Positions 1-13,753 of a stretch of DNA of 64,000 nt are shown in pieces. Position 1 is the stretch's first letter. Every line of letters starts with the position of its first letter. The translations under genes were made by a program, and so were the position numbers. The notes beneath the pieces were generated by a model. That model searched no databases, was not told the origin of the DNA, and saw nothing but the letters and a program-made list of their open reading frames with translations. Origin of the DNA: Ruditapes philippinarum (taxonomy: Eukaryota). The stretch covers positions 1 to 64,000 of the forward strand of contig NW_026862413.1 in assembly GCF_026571515.1 (NCBI RefSeq). The letters are read 5' to 3'.

Positions 1-59
1 TAGTCTTAAGATTTCAAAACACATATGTCTTCCATTTAATTACTTGGATATAATAACAT

Positions 60-560
60 TTTTATGGTGCCCGAACGTCCTCCTTTGTCCGGACCTTCAG
101 CTTACACATGGATGAATAATTAAATTATTATGCAATCATGAACATTGAGATCACATGTCGCATGCCTGAACCGGGATTGTGTGTGTGCTGTTTATTGTTA
201 GTTGTTTTTTCCCCAAAGAGTAAGGGTAATGTCACAATCACACATTATTAGAGCACAAAGTTGATCGTGTCAGGTTGACAATTCTGCACTACGGGATGTA
301 TGTTGAAGAAAAAAGCTAGATATATTAATGTGTTCATGGTGTTGGACAAGATGAAAATCATTAAAGATTAGTCACAAGCGTACGTAGATAAACATGGTAT
401 CAAATTTGCCTAGCATTGCATCGATGAATTCGGTAATCCCTGGTTGTAAATTTGAAAACGAAAGGTATTGCTGTGGTGAAAATAATGACGACGTATCGAA
501 CATATCAATTAGGTATTTAACCTAAAGGTCAAGATAACACGAGTACGTCCAAAGTCATAA
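60..560. mobile_element. Possible highly decayed HINE-type tandem units
   Basis: Scattered words ttgtccgg, catgtcgcatg and aaaggtcaagataaca resemble the reverse complement of the 63580 unit. Weak. Confidence 0.3.
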
Positions 561-1707
561 CAACATATTTTCTTATAAATGCTTTTATTGTGTATCAACA
601 TTTTTTTCATTCTTAGGACATATTCGTTGAGCCCTTTTTTTCGTTATGAATGTTAAGTTTAACAACCAACATCTAGTACGTACAGTTACAGTGTTAAAAT
701 ATCCATATTAGACTCAACATGACCAAAACTTCAACAACAAACGTTTTTAAAAAGTGATCAATATTGAGATGGAGAAAGATATTCAGGACAGCATTCGTTG
801 TAGGAACATGAAACATGTTTTCCCTATAGAAATGGAAAAGAAATCAATTTTGAGCAAGACGGCCTTTTTTCCTGTTAACATCAGATAAAAAAGAATGTGA
901 CATACTTTCGTCATAAGAATAATAATGTTGACAATCACCGATATGCTAAACACTCACATATTTCCAATGTCGAGTTAAACAACTGACAATCAGCCTAACG
1001 TTTGATTGAAATAATGATCCATGGTATGTTCTAATGTATGCGAAGCTAGAAGATCAGCAACTAAAATAAGCTAGAATATGGGCCATAAAAGTAAAACGTT
1101 TTGGAGCCGAATTCCGAATTCCGAATGTGCAGCTCGCATTGAAAATATTTTAAAATCTAACTGTTTGTTGACTATATATCTCAACATTCGTTGGGAAAAC
1201 GAATGAAACATAATTGTAGATGATAAGCTGAATGTCGATAGTCTAGCTGAACATTATACATTGGACTAGCTTTATATTCGCTTGAAAATTAAATTTTAAA
1301 ATAAAAAAAAACCATTGGAAATTGAGCTTTCGTTTGCCAAGCCTGATGTTTAAAGTCAATTGTAAATTGTTTTGAACGTAACAAATCAGCTCATCAACGC
1401 CAGGTTGATGCTAACACTAATATTTTCCATGAATGTAATTAACTCTAGCATGTCTATTACAAAAATGTTCAGACCATAATGTACATCTACACGAGGCAAC
1501 AAAAATCGAAATCGCAAAACAAAAACTAAACAATAAAATTAAAATGTACTTTATGACTTACCTAAATGTTAATTGTAAAAGCCTATGAGATTTTATCTCG
1601 TTTTATCTATTTATTTTTTCATTTTACTTCAGAAAGTTTTTGAAAGATTCAATCATTTCCCAATGGTGTGGTCATGTAAAGAAAGTCGAAATAGTATAAT
1701 TAATTAT

Positions 1708-1764
1708 AGGGAGGGAGGCAGCGAGGCAGGCAGGCAGGCAGGTAGGTAGGTAAATAAATAAATA
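1708..1764. repeat. Compound microsatellite (GGCA)n(GGTA)n(AATA)n; paralog at 40747-40797
   Basis: Directly visible. Confidence 0.9.
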
Positions 1765-3391
1765 TGTGATTTTGTTTCAGGCTGAAGAATTCGGAAGAAC
1801 AGTTTTTTTAATGGAAACATAACGAATGATTTAAATATTTAGATTGTCTTACCACTTTAATAATCTCAACTTCAGAGAATTTCGATACGTATTGCTTTTA
1901 ACATACCATGAAAACCGGCCGGTTAAAGTTATGTTACAAATAAGACTTTGTCTTCAGGTGGGAAACAAGTATTTTGTTGAAGGTGATGCAAATAGATAAT
2001 TATTTGTATTGTTGCATTGTATTGTTACGACTAAGCTGATGTTTTACATGTGATTTAATTAAATTTGACTACAAGGAATCTAATTACCCATAATGATAGC
2101 TTTTACGTATTTCGTAGATTCTTGCACAGGTTTGCAACTCCAATTGAAGAAATAAATAAGATTATTTTAGATTTCACCTTTTTAGTCTTTTATAAATCCT
2201 AAAGAATGGCAATGAACATTGGTACTGTATTTTATATGTATGTTTATTGTTAAATTGATGAGAACCATAACTATTTTCATGAAAAGATAACTTTTGTATC
2301 AATAAAATTTCGAGTTTTGATTTCCTTTTTCCCTTGCAAAAATTCTATTTTAATTAATCTTATTTTTGTCCTTTACTTCCACAAATGGAGAGGCCAAATT
2401 GGTTTTGTTAGCCAGCGATTTGTATATTCCCATTGGAACGCTCTCGGTTAATGACATTTGTACTCAGTGGCTGCAATATTGCCTTTGGTAAGTGTTTACT
2501 TTGATTACGCAGCTCGGTGAACTGATTCGAATGACATGCTAGTAAAGAACAATAAGAAAAACAACAAACAACAGTTTTGAGGCACTGCTTTTGGCATAAC
2601 CTGCTTTATTTATGAAGAATGTACTTATTGTCTGAATTTGATATTATTCACGTAATAGCATAGTATACAATCAAACAAAAGTTATTTCGACACACTCTAA
2701 TGATTTTTAACACATATTGCTTGTACTATAAACAGTGCTCTCTGTTATCAAGTGGATATTTTAATCAACAGATCAATAATGTAAACGAACACTGAACATG
2801 TCATATTTGATTCTTCCCCAGAAGGTCAAAATACAAAAGATATAGACAGGCAGAAATTGATTGGACATGGACTTCCTTTGATTGCTCCATTTCCGATGCT
2901 GGTGAGAATCCACTGATGAAAAACGAATATTTTACTAACAATTTAATTAACGTCTCACTAAAGATTTAATTTAGTAAACTAGGTTATTGGTTTCGATTAA
3001 AACGTTTTTAAAGCGACTATCATTTACAATATAATGATGATTAAGAATAAATTAGCGATGACAAAAAAACATTTGATTTAATATACGTGTAACAATAGTA
3101 CCTACACTACAGAAGTGCTTTAAAAAATGCAGCTTTAAGCATTCTTGTTTAGTTTCTGTACAGAGTACCTAGTCAATGACGGTAATTGTCCAACACCTAC
3201 CGTATGAAAACATTGATCTTTTTATATTTTGTCTTCTTAAAAGCTTAACTTGACATGCTGCCAACTTTTTTGTTGTCAAGTTGAAAGCCGCTCTTTTTTA
3301 TTCATCTTGTTTTTTTTTCTTGAATTGACTATATATTTCAAAATATCTGGAAAAATGTGATCCCTTCTAAAAACAGCAAAATTTCATAATA

Positions 3392-3467
3392 ATTACAAAT
3401 TCGGTTTGATTGAGTCTGCACATGAGGAAAAATGAATATGTGCAACATTCCTCACGCCCTCTAGAGG
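3392..3467 (+). other. Unidentified structured element, copy E1
   Basis: tcggtttgattgagtctgcacatgagg...gtgcaacattcctcacgccctctag. Confidence 0.75.
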
Positions 3468-4124
3468 TACCCGATTTTCAACACTTAAAAATACCGAAAT
3501 CAATGATATTGAAGGACCGATAGAAACAATAAAACAACACTGAAGTCAAGTACAAACCGCACTTGACTTTTTAAACTGTGCTAGATTAACAGTTGTATGG
3601 AAAATATTTAGGAAATGCATGTATAGTTCTGCATAAAAAATATATTTAAACACTGGCACTCTCTTTTTCCTGAATTAAATGTTGCATGTTATTTCCAATT
3701 GATATGAACATAAATTTCCTTAGGCAACGAGAGATTATTTTTATGGCTAAATAAATTATCAAATTGGAAAAGATTATGGCAAAATGTAAACTTATTTTGA
3801 CTGTTACTCCTTAGCTTAGTACAAACATTTAGATGAGCATAATGTTCCTTAAAACATATTCATTTTATGCTCCATTGCAGAACAAGATCTTACAACTTAC
3901 AGTTTTTACGTTCGAGTTCGCTTCCTCGAATTTATCAGTACAAAAGCTCAAAAAGAGCAGACTAAGAAATAAACACACAGTTGTTATTGAAACAACATTA
4001 CCTTACTGTTGATACATTTTACATCCTTTAAGAAAAATTCTAAGATAATTGCTATATATAAGACAGTGAAACAAACATGTTTTATAAGCAAACAGTATCA
4101 ATAATATAATTATGATATTAAATT

Positions 4125-4270
4125 ATTAAAAAAAGATCAACATGGAAGGGTGGCATTCAAAGAACGCATCGCCAACACGGAACCACTTACAAGTGGCCCA
4201 GCATGACACCAAACAGGACTGGGAACACGGGCAAAAACAGAAATCGGATAAGATGCCACTATAAACCACT
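4125..4270 (-). mobile_element. Probable SINE 3' remnant (paralog ~42765-42910)
   Basis: GC-richer island. The minus strand reads gatgcgttctttgaatgccacccttccatgttgatctttt, reminiscent of mollusc SINE tails. Recognised from memory only. Confidence 0.4.
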
Positions 4271-7200
4271 ATATATAAGACATTGTTATGTAAAAGCATT
4301 AACACATCTCCGTTTTTTATATATGTAACTACGAAATTATAATACTCATCCTTAACAGAAAAATAGTTTTAAATTTATATTTGCTATTTAAAACGACAAT
4401 CGGATAATTTTCATATCATACATATCTTTTTATTCAAACGATTAAACTAAAGAAATGATAATAGTCAACTAGTTTATTGGCATAAACATTTTACGAGTTC
4501 ATCGCCAAGTTTTATGAATAGCGGTTTATAATTTAACATAAAACATCGCATATACAATTACAAATTATGTAATAAATACATGTACAAAACATACATAATA
4601 TTTAAATTCAGAAAAGTATGGTGATGGATTAAACATAGCTACATAATTACAGGCAAATAATAGTGAAACACAAAAAACAACATTGATTTTCAGATTAATA
4701 TTGTTTGAAAATAAAGACAAAATGCTTAACAGAAAACTAGACAGTATTTCTTTTTTTCAAATGATAAGTGAATATATTTAGCTAATTTTATCATTACGTA
4801 TAATGAAAAAAAATGATTATTTCTTCAGTGGTAAAAGATTCAGAAACTCTTCCACGATTCGCTTGACATTTATTAATGATACTTCAGTTAAGAAACAATA
4901 CAATTCTCATTTATCATGCTTAACCGTTCTCAAAATGACTTCCTTCACTTGTAGAAAAAAATTGAATGCAGAATTGGTTTGCGTAATTCAAAAATATTTT
5001 ATTTTCAATCAATACATTGAGGTCTAAATACTCGTTAAAATGTACGTATACCAATTTATATAGCCGAAATGTTTAATGTTAACATCATTACGATTTTTTC
5101 TTGTGCGCTTAAAGACTTATTACATTCGTTAAACAATTTTCACAACATTAAGTAAATACGATATGCTTATTCATTGTTTTACATTTTGAACCCTTTAAAT
5201 ATAAAGTTTTGATTTTCTTCTTGTTTCAAATATAAAAACATCAATGCTCCGTCCCTAGTAAATAACAGACATAAACCTACTTTATTTACATGAACCTTAA
5301 AAATACCATAATAGTTTTTTTATAATTCTTGTTTTGACAGAGTCATTTGCAAGTAAACGGCGTTCGTTTGCAGTTATATAAAGTTTTATGAGAAAAACAA
5401 AGAAATATGCTTGAAAACATACTTTTCATATATTTTGATACATTTTCTTACATTATTATTTCCTCATAGCAAAACGTATACAATTCTGTCTATTCTTTAA
5501 ATGTAAGTTTCAGTCACTACTCATACGTTGTTAAGAGAGTTCGTTTAAGAAATTTTGGAGGATAATAACTTTGATTATAATTTAATTCACTTACTTGTAA
5601 ACTGTAATCATCTATATTTAGCATCTGTGTATATCTTAGTGTAGCTCAGAGTATGGAAGAGATTTTCTTCTGAATTAATCTTATGCTTACAACATATAAA
5701 TAGCGCGACAAAATTGCCTTGTTTTGCAAATAATTTGTCTATTCCCTTAGGGCTGTTAAAGATAAATGTCATTTGTATTCAACAATTGCATTATTGGTAT
5801 TTGGTCAATATCTAGCTCAGGGCGTGCATAAGTTTTTCGGAGTGCCGTATTTTTATCACCATAAGAAAACAAGAATAAGAAACAATAACACCGATTATAA
5901 ATAAAATACTAATTTGATTATCATTTTCTCATACATTTTTATTTGCTATAATACCTTTAGTGTTGCAATGACTTACTTATTATAGACTATTTCATTTAAG
6001 CGGTAAGCGTCGAGGAAGAGTTAATTTTCTTACCGGGTGTGGCGTGTAAATGTGAAATGTACTAAACAAACTGCCTATAATGTTAGCTTATTGAAACTTG
6101 AATGCGTAAATACTGATCCTTCAATTACGATTATAACATTAAAAATTTGACTCATGAATACATAGATTTCATATCAAGAAAATAAAATAAAAATACAAAA
6201 ACAAAGATTAAAATCAATTCTTGCTACGGGGTAAAACAGCGGAATTTAAAAATTAGATTTTCTTTAATGCCAGAGCAAAAGGCTAGTAACTAAATCAAAT
6301 TTTAATACTTTATGAACACCCTTACGCAGTGAAAGTACCTAGTAATATAAATTTAAATGGTCATTTTCTAGTTTTCTGTCTGATTTTATGTCATTTAGAA
6401 AATTCCGGCGTATTTGAAATAAGATTGTGAATATTTTTGAATGCTTGTTTTTCCAGCTTTGATAGAACAATATCAGAATGCATTCTGTCAACACTTATTG
6501 ATTCTTTTTAATTAAGCCACATAAAAAATCGTTCATAAAACAAGTGAAGGAAACATTTGTATAAATATTCCTGAAAGTACGAAAACCATGTGGCAATAAC
6601 TTTTATAACGTAAGAGCCGCAAAAGACGATAATAAGATAATTTTAATTTTACAAATCTATTCTTATGATTATGAAAGTAAACGACATTATCCCAGAAACT
6701 TATTTTATAAACAAATAGGTGTGTATATATAAGCGCCACTGAGCCGTAACATATTGATTTACAGGGTGCATATGTTGTATATAATAGCGGCACTTGGCTG
6801 TGATATCATTAATCACCAGGGTGAATATTTTAGATTACGTCACTTTTGTTAGTTGTCAAATATATATGATGCGAATTTAGATGAATCAACCTAGGGGCCA
6901 TGCCTTAATGATATGATACTCCAGAATGACTCCAAGTGGTTTAGTGAAAATACGCAAAATTATAATTCAGTTAATAACGAATTTCTGTGTATGTGTTTCA
7001 CAACTTGCTTGTAGTGATTTTTTTTTTAAATATTTGATAGTCAGAATATGAATTAAATAAACATATAAAATTGAAAATATCACTTTACAAGCTTTAATAT
7101 AATATGTAATGCATTCAGTTGGAGTGACTGGCGAGTTTTTACGCCTACACAAAGAGTATACAGTCATGTTCATTCAAAATAATTTTTAATTTTATGCTTG

Positions 7201-8749
7201 AACATTTTTGTTTAAATTACATACATGTATTTTGTAAATGATTTAATCCTTTCTGCCAAGCTAGGCACTTAAGGTTTGAGTACGTGGAAACACATAAGCT
7301 TTGTAAAACATAATAGAATAAAGTATTCAAATAATGAAATGTAATATTAGTTAAATATATAAAAATGATTTTTCAGTTTAATTCATGTGTAATTGAAACA
7401 TACTTTGTATGATGTAATCCTAATCTTATTGGGCACACCATTTTTACCCTTTTCTTGTGGACGAAAAACATATCTACAATTTTCGATGATAATACACCAA
7501 AAATATATTGATTTGACTTCAGTAACAATTAATGAGAAACTGTTTTGTTGTTTTTTGTTGTTTTTTTTTTAACTTATTCTGAATTATCAGAATGTTGATA
7601 AAAGTTATCATTCATATAGGTTCTTTTCCGCATCTGCGTCAACTCTGTAAATCTATTATATAAAAAGATATAATTTCTAGAACATAAAAGTAAACTATAC
7701 TTTTCAAGCCAGTTACTTTTTTACAAGATGCTTTATACAATTAGCACAAGGTGTTAATGTAATGCAATTGTTGGTGAAAAAAATCTGGTCTTAATTCATT
7801 TAATTGACCATTATACTAAATGTAATATAAATCTTAACACTAATATTTTGCATTGTTCATTTAAAAATAACGTTAATGAACGTAGTAACCATACAAATGT
7901 CTAGCATCGCATTTTTTAAGCTGTGTCCAGAATTTTACTGCTGCACGGTTTTATTTCAAATCTTTTTAAAATTGTTATGTTGGTAAAAATAAATTTATTT
8001 ATTACATATTTACGACATCACTTTGATTATCTACTAAATTATAATTGTCGTTTAATTACATCATAAACAAGACAATCCTTTTATCCGTGTGTCTTTTGAA
8101 TATGGTGTCTTGACATTTGAATTAAAACTTGAAAGCCCTATGCTGAAAGCTAATGGAAAATTATGATCAAATTGTATACATTGAAACGGAAAGGATCATA
8201 AATTCACACTAAAGCATAAAGCCTTCAGTGAGTTCACGAAGCATTACACAATACACGAAATACTTATATTATGAATGCGTCAGAAAGGCTTTTATCAGCA
8301 TGTCTTAAATAATGTACGGAGGTGCACATGAGCTCTTCTTCCAGCAGTTAAGCTGGAAAATTGACATTCAACCGACATAGTGTTGTTGTGATAAACAAAT
8401 AAGTCGGTAGTAAATCACATTTATCACCGATATGTATCAATATGTTCATGTTTATTAAAAGGCAAGTAATGTAAGACCATTGTAGTTATTTGTTTTAGTT
8501 TAAGCACCGATACCACAAGATGCATCAGAATTTCAAAATAACCGAATAAAACTGTCATTTTACAAAACCGTCTACATTGTCTGCCATTTTTGATGAATTC
8601 AGGAGAGGTTACCACGGTATCACGGATATTTCCAGAAATGCAAGAATGGAAGGATAGATGTGTCAACATCTTCAAATATAGTTGTGACAAATTTCAAATA
8701 GTTAACCTCCTATAAAATGCAATCTTTATAGACAGACGATATGTCAGTA

Positions 8750-9113
8750 TATAGAGGTTATTGAATGAGTGTAGTTTAATACTAAAGTTATTGAACAAGT
8801 TGAATAAAATAATATTATGCGAGCTTCTGGTGGGAAAAATATTGATTCATTCAACGAGTTCAATAAATTTAGTATTGGGTCTAAACGAATATAATATTCA
8901 TTTTATCACATATATCAAACAAGAACAGTAAACTGTTAAAATGAGTATTTTTTCAATGACGCGCCTATAGTGTAACGCTAACATTAGTGCGCTTTAACGC
9001 TATGTTTCTTTATAGCGCACATGACGTCACGTCAAAGTGTTATGACACTAGTGTAATATCTTTTTTATTAAATGGCTTTATTGCACTCCTGCGCCGCGGT
9101 TTATGTGATAAAT
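8750..9113. mobile_element. Hairpin-ended foldback element of the same architecture (paralog at ~47669-48022)
   Basis: Hairpin arms 8778-8817 and 8838-8876. Inverted repeat tttatcacata 8902-8912 / tatgtgataaa 9102-9112. No empty site is available because both units carry it. Confidence 0.6.
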
Positions 9114-9175
9114 AAGATTATAACACATTTTAATTGACTCTATTTAAGCAATGAATAGTAATTACAGTCGCACAT

Positions 9176-9336
9176 GAAATAGAGAGAAATAAAATTCCCT
9201 AACGAACGCACACAACGTCAATATTGAAAATGTTGCAGGCTCGGTTATTATTGAGCCTGTACATGACCGGTCAAGTGCAAACTACCTTCCATGCCTCATT
9301 AGCACAGGCTTAAGCAGAATTCAACATTTAATCATG
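9176..9336 (+). other. Unidentified structured element, copy E2
   Basis: gaaaatgttgcaggctcggttattattgagcctgtacatg...agcacaggcttaagcagaattcaacattt, with the upstream gaaatagaga...attcccta block. Confidence 0.85.
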
Positions 9337-10117
9337 GTTATGGTGAAAGTTTGAATCTAGAAACATCCGCAGATGTGTTCATAATACGGTTTTTAGGGAA
9401 CCTTCAATGTGGCACGTGAGTGCCATTCCATGACAAGCGGCTTAAGCTCCCAAAGTAAAATATTTTTATAAAATATTTTCTTAGAAAATTTAAATGCCAT
9501 GATATCATAGGAACTTTGATTTCAAAGAAACTAGAAAGAAAGAGTATACTTAAACTTAAGGTTTCAACTGATGTTAATGGAATTAAACTTCTTCTTTTTT
9601 TTCTGGAAACATCAGTTCCTGACTCCATCAATAACTTAAAACAACATTACTTACAATAATTGCTTTGTTCTGTTAATTGTTCATTAAATTCAAATGAATT
9701 AAATGATTTAAAGCTAACTGTGATTCATTTTCAGTTTAACTGAGAACAATACATTGTATCTTTATTTGTTTTACAAACAGAGTGGAATATACCGTATACC
9801 AGATAATTTCAAGTACAGTATATTTTATGTGTTTGCAACAATTAGACACCACATTATCCGCTGAAGCTAAGAGATGCATAGACTCGAGTTATTCAAACCG
9901 ATTAAACCGACTCTTACGATCACAATTCTTATGCCTCAACGATTAGATACGAACACATTTTTATATTTTTATTCAATAATATAAAAGTATAATTGTGTGC
10001 ATTTTTATTGTCTTCTGACAATACAGTACATCGTCATAGCATACGTTTGTATGTAGAAATATGCGTTTCGTTTCATCAGATTTTCAACTCCCTTACAAGC
10101 CACAATGGGCACATTAA

Positions 10118-10210
10118 GTATTGAATTTTGAGTACAGCTTAAGCCGGTGCTTTGAGTGCACTTTTTATTATCCGTCATGTGCAGACTGAATCAAACCGAG
10201 TCTCATTTTT
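10118..10210 (-). other. Unidentified structured element, copy E3
   Basis: Reverse complement reads gagactcggtttgattcagtctgcacatgacgg...aagtgcac..aagcaccggcttaagc. Confidence 0.8.
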
Positions 10211-12715
10211 TATATAGTTTCCTTTTCTTTTCTTTTTGTTTCATTTTTTTCATCAATGGAATGTATTATATAATATTATTGTAGAAACACAAGGTAAGTC
10301 ATGAATAAATAAACCGTATAATATAGTGATGCTGAATATAAAAAATGCTGAATCATGCATAGATCCCTGATCTGTCTTATTCTAATTATCAGATTTGTTG
10401 ATACAATAAGAACTTTACTAAAGCCTATTTGATAACAAAAGAGCAAACTTCAAAATATTTATATTCCAATAAAAGGCCAGAGTAGGGATCTATCAATTGC
10501 ATAGATGCGGCACATTCATTCACTAAAAAGATCGAAATAAAATAAAAAATAAATAATCAAGTGTCATTCTTTTATTATATCCTGTCTTGTGCATTACTAG
10601 TGAGTTCTGTCTCCCATAGATGCTTATATAAACAAGACCACGTGTTATGACAAAATTGGGACAGGTATTATGAACTACAAATGTATCATAACGATTTCAG
10701 GGATCATTTCATTGAAACATATGTTACCTTTAAAACATCACAATCTAATCCATTATCAATGTAAATTTAAATTTAAAGACAAAAAATGTCAAAATCATTT
10801 ATATTGTTATAAAAAATAAGATTTAATAAAGAAGTTTATCAAAACACATCTTCCATTTTGTCTTATAGTACAGTAGTTTTTTGTGCTACCATCTCTTGAG
10901 GGATAATGAAAAAGCGCAACATCCCTTACACATCCTAGCACCGAGTGGTACTCATTACATGGATTCAGTTTTTTTGTGTTCAGTTAGTCAAAACCTGTTG
11001 GCAAGTTACAAATACAAATAATGCAACGCCTCTGAACATTTTCCGTTCGTATGTATAATAACCAGACGACCTGATGATGAATTAGTTATCAATTGCTGTG
11101 TGTTTTTATCATTTTTTTTGTTAAAAATATTAGCTTTTCAAACTGTTGTGGTCATTGATGGATATATTCCATTACATTTTCAAATTGATTTTCAAACTGG
11201 TTTAATTGAAAGTGCAACCGACATTTTACTATCATGATAACGCCTCCAGTACATCATAAAGAAGGGAAAAACACTTTGAAAACATGCTTTGGTAGTCCGA
11301 AAAACTAAAGATGTATGTGATACGTTAAGGTTTGTTTCATTTGCAGTAATTTCTATGCCCCGGAGTACACAATACGATATTTATTCCTTTCATTTCCTTG
11401 GGAACGTTCTTGAAACTGAATCAAACTGTTCCCAAAGGCATTTTTTAATCTGAACACTATCGAATTACAAAAACTATTCAAGACAAATTGCATTGGTAAT
11501 GAATAAATAATTGTATCAAAAGTGCAATGAGCAAGCCAGTCATTACATGTTTGTTTTGCCATTTCAAAGTTCTTCTTAAGAATTGTAGCTGCAAATTACA
11601 TGATTAATTACATTTCTCAAGTTTGTTTTACTGATTCATTATAAAGATTTACAAAACAAAACACATTCTAAATGTTAAGGTTAGGACCTACATATATTTG
11701 TGTCCAAATTTGTATATCTAAATGCGTGACCACATTATGAAATACTTTGACAGAAAGGAATATATTTTTTAACATGATAATTAAAGTGACATCCGACATG
11801 TTTCGTTATCTAAGAAGTAGCAATACCACAGTAAGAAAAATTAATATTTAACGGAATATTAAACCATATAAACATTCTAATCAGTTTAGATCAAATTTAG
11901 GTGATCTAGTATATTAGTTTAGACAAATGACGGAAAAAAATCAATCTCATAAATGTCATACTGACTATAAGAAAGCAAACAAAATAATAAAATAGATCTT
12001 TATTTCTCATAGGTACTTGGGAGCATGGCGATTGTCCAAACTATTGAGAATAGGTTATACTTTTATGATCGCTCAAAACGTTTTGGTTCCTTGAATGATC
12101 CCCTGAGTGGCATTCTGAAATTTTATTTCTTATTCCAATCATATATGACATACTTGCATCACGGTTTTAATTGATATCGTCGTGAAAATACAATAATTCG
12201 TATATCATTTTGAAAGGCAGTAACATAAAAGTACCAATTTAATGCTGCTTTGACCTAGTTCAATGACAATTATCCTAATAAGATCTAAAGACCTAAAATA
12301 CTACCTAAGACCGGGTGTTACGTTACTTATCACTACAGGATATTGTATAATAACGCAGACTCGTGACCAGAAAATAAGCATGCCAAAAATATATTTTCGA
12401 ATTATAAGATAATAAAATTATAACATATATAGCAGTTGTGTCCCTGGAACACTGATCTATGCGTTATTGTAAACTTTAATCATTATATGGTTTGAAGATA
12501 GAATAAAAAAATATAGCTCATGCATTTTATAGTAATTTCAAGAGCTATGGTGTTTCTTTTGCATAAATTATAAATGAAAAAAGTAAAACCATCTGTGGGT
12601 ACACATAATTAAAAAAAAAGTTTGGGTACATAAACATAATAATGTTTTCCATTACGTTTCTTTTAACCTCGAAAATGGGAGATCGATCGGAAAAATAGAA
12701 AGCAACAAAACTACA

Positions 12716-12812
12716 TGAAAATTGCAGACTCGGAAAGATTAAGATTGTTTATGAATGAAAGGAAAATATTCAATATATCTCAAGCCAAATAGCACCGGTT
12801 CAAGCGATATTC
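12716..12812 (+). other. Unidentified structured element, decayed copy E4
   Basis: tgaaaattgcagactcggaaagattaagattgtttatgaatg...tagcaccggttcaagc. Confidence 0.6.
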
Positions 12813-13706
12813 GTTCAGTTTTTAACTCTTAATGTGCTGAAATTTTTTACCCCATTGGTATAGGAATTATAACAACACTGCAGAAAAACACGAGACCTGT
12901 TTGTATGACATGTACGTTTGATAGGGTCCCGTACTCATTTTTTTGTTGTTGAAACGAATATCCGGCTAGTCTATCAAAGGTCACTTGATTTACCCTTCTA
13001 GAACAAATAAAATATAATTTTCCTCATATAAATGTCCATACGTAAGCAATAAGATTTGTATCAAGATTATTTTCCAAGATAATTCTTAATCATTTTCAGA
13101 TGATATACCTCTATTATTTTCATTAATATTAAAAAAGAAAGAAACAATACGATAGCAAATGTGCCCATAATAGACCAATCTACTTTAAAAATCCAACCAA
13201 AATTTTATAACCTTTTTTTTTACTCTTACATATATTTGACACAGCCGCATTTTGTACGTTATCCATATTTGGCTAATTATATCAAATTATAATAATGTCA
13301 TAGAAACAATGAATTAGGGTAATAGGTGACATGTTTAATCATCTAACAATTTGAAAAAGTCGTCCACACACGGAAGATATGATCTTACCATTTGAAAAAG
13401 TCGTCCATCCACGGAAGATATTAAAAAAAACTTATATAAAACCTTAAATGTAAAATTGTATACATGTATGGTAACAACTGGCACAGCGACATTGAATAGA
13501 AAATGCAATGCCCTTTTTGCGCGCAGTGATAAGATTCAAGAGAATTAAAATGACCTTATGTGACATCATTTATATATTTCCTTTTATTGCGCTTTTCGAG
13601 AATTGTTTTGATTTTACTTGTTCCCTTGAGCTATTGCCGATGCAAACTGTTGCAAACTGTTGAATTACTAATTATTTGGAACAAAAAATGCTTTCAGTGA
13701 GAGTTT

Positions 13707-13708
<2 letters not shown>

Positions 13709-13748
<40 letters not shown>
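13709..13748. repeat. Poly-T tract (~40 nt), much shorter in the paralog near 58020
   Basis: Directly visible. Confidence 0.95.

Positions 13749-13753
<5 letters not shown>

Noticed and set aside
6533-6793. 86-aa ORF repeated at 45463-45723
   Set aside because: Non-ATG start, many non-synonymous differences and no recognisable domain; its recurrence is explained by the duplication.
6785-6806. miR-2-like TATCACAGCC on the minus strand
   Set aside because: Only the first 10-11 nt match and there is no pre-miRNA hairpin.
6893-6904. U6-like GCATGGCCCCT on the minus strand
   Set aside because: An isolated 11-nt match with no other U6 sequence.
13349-13421. ~41-bp tandem duplication
   Set aside because: Simple local duplication; single copy in the paralog near 57704. 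Not a CRISPR-like array.
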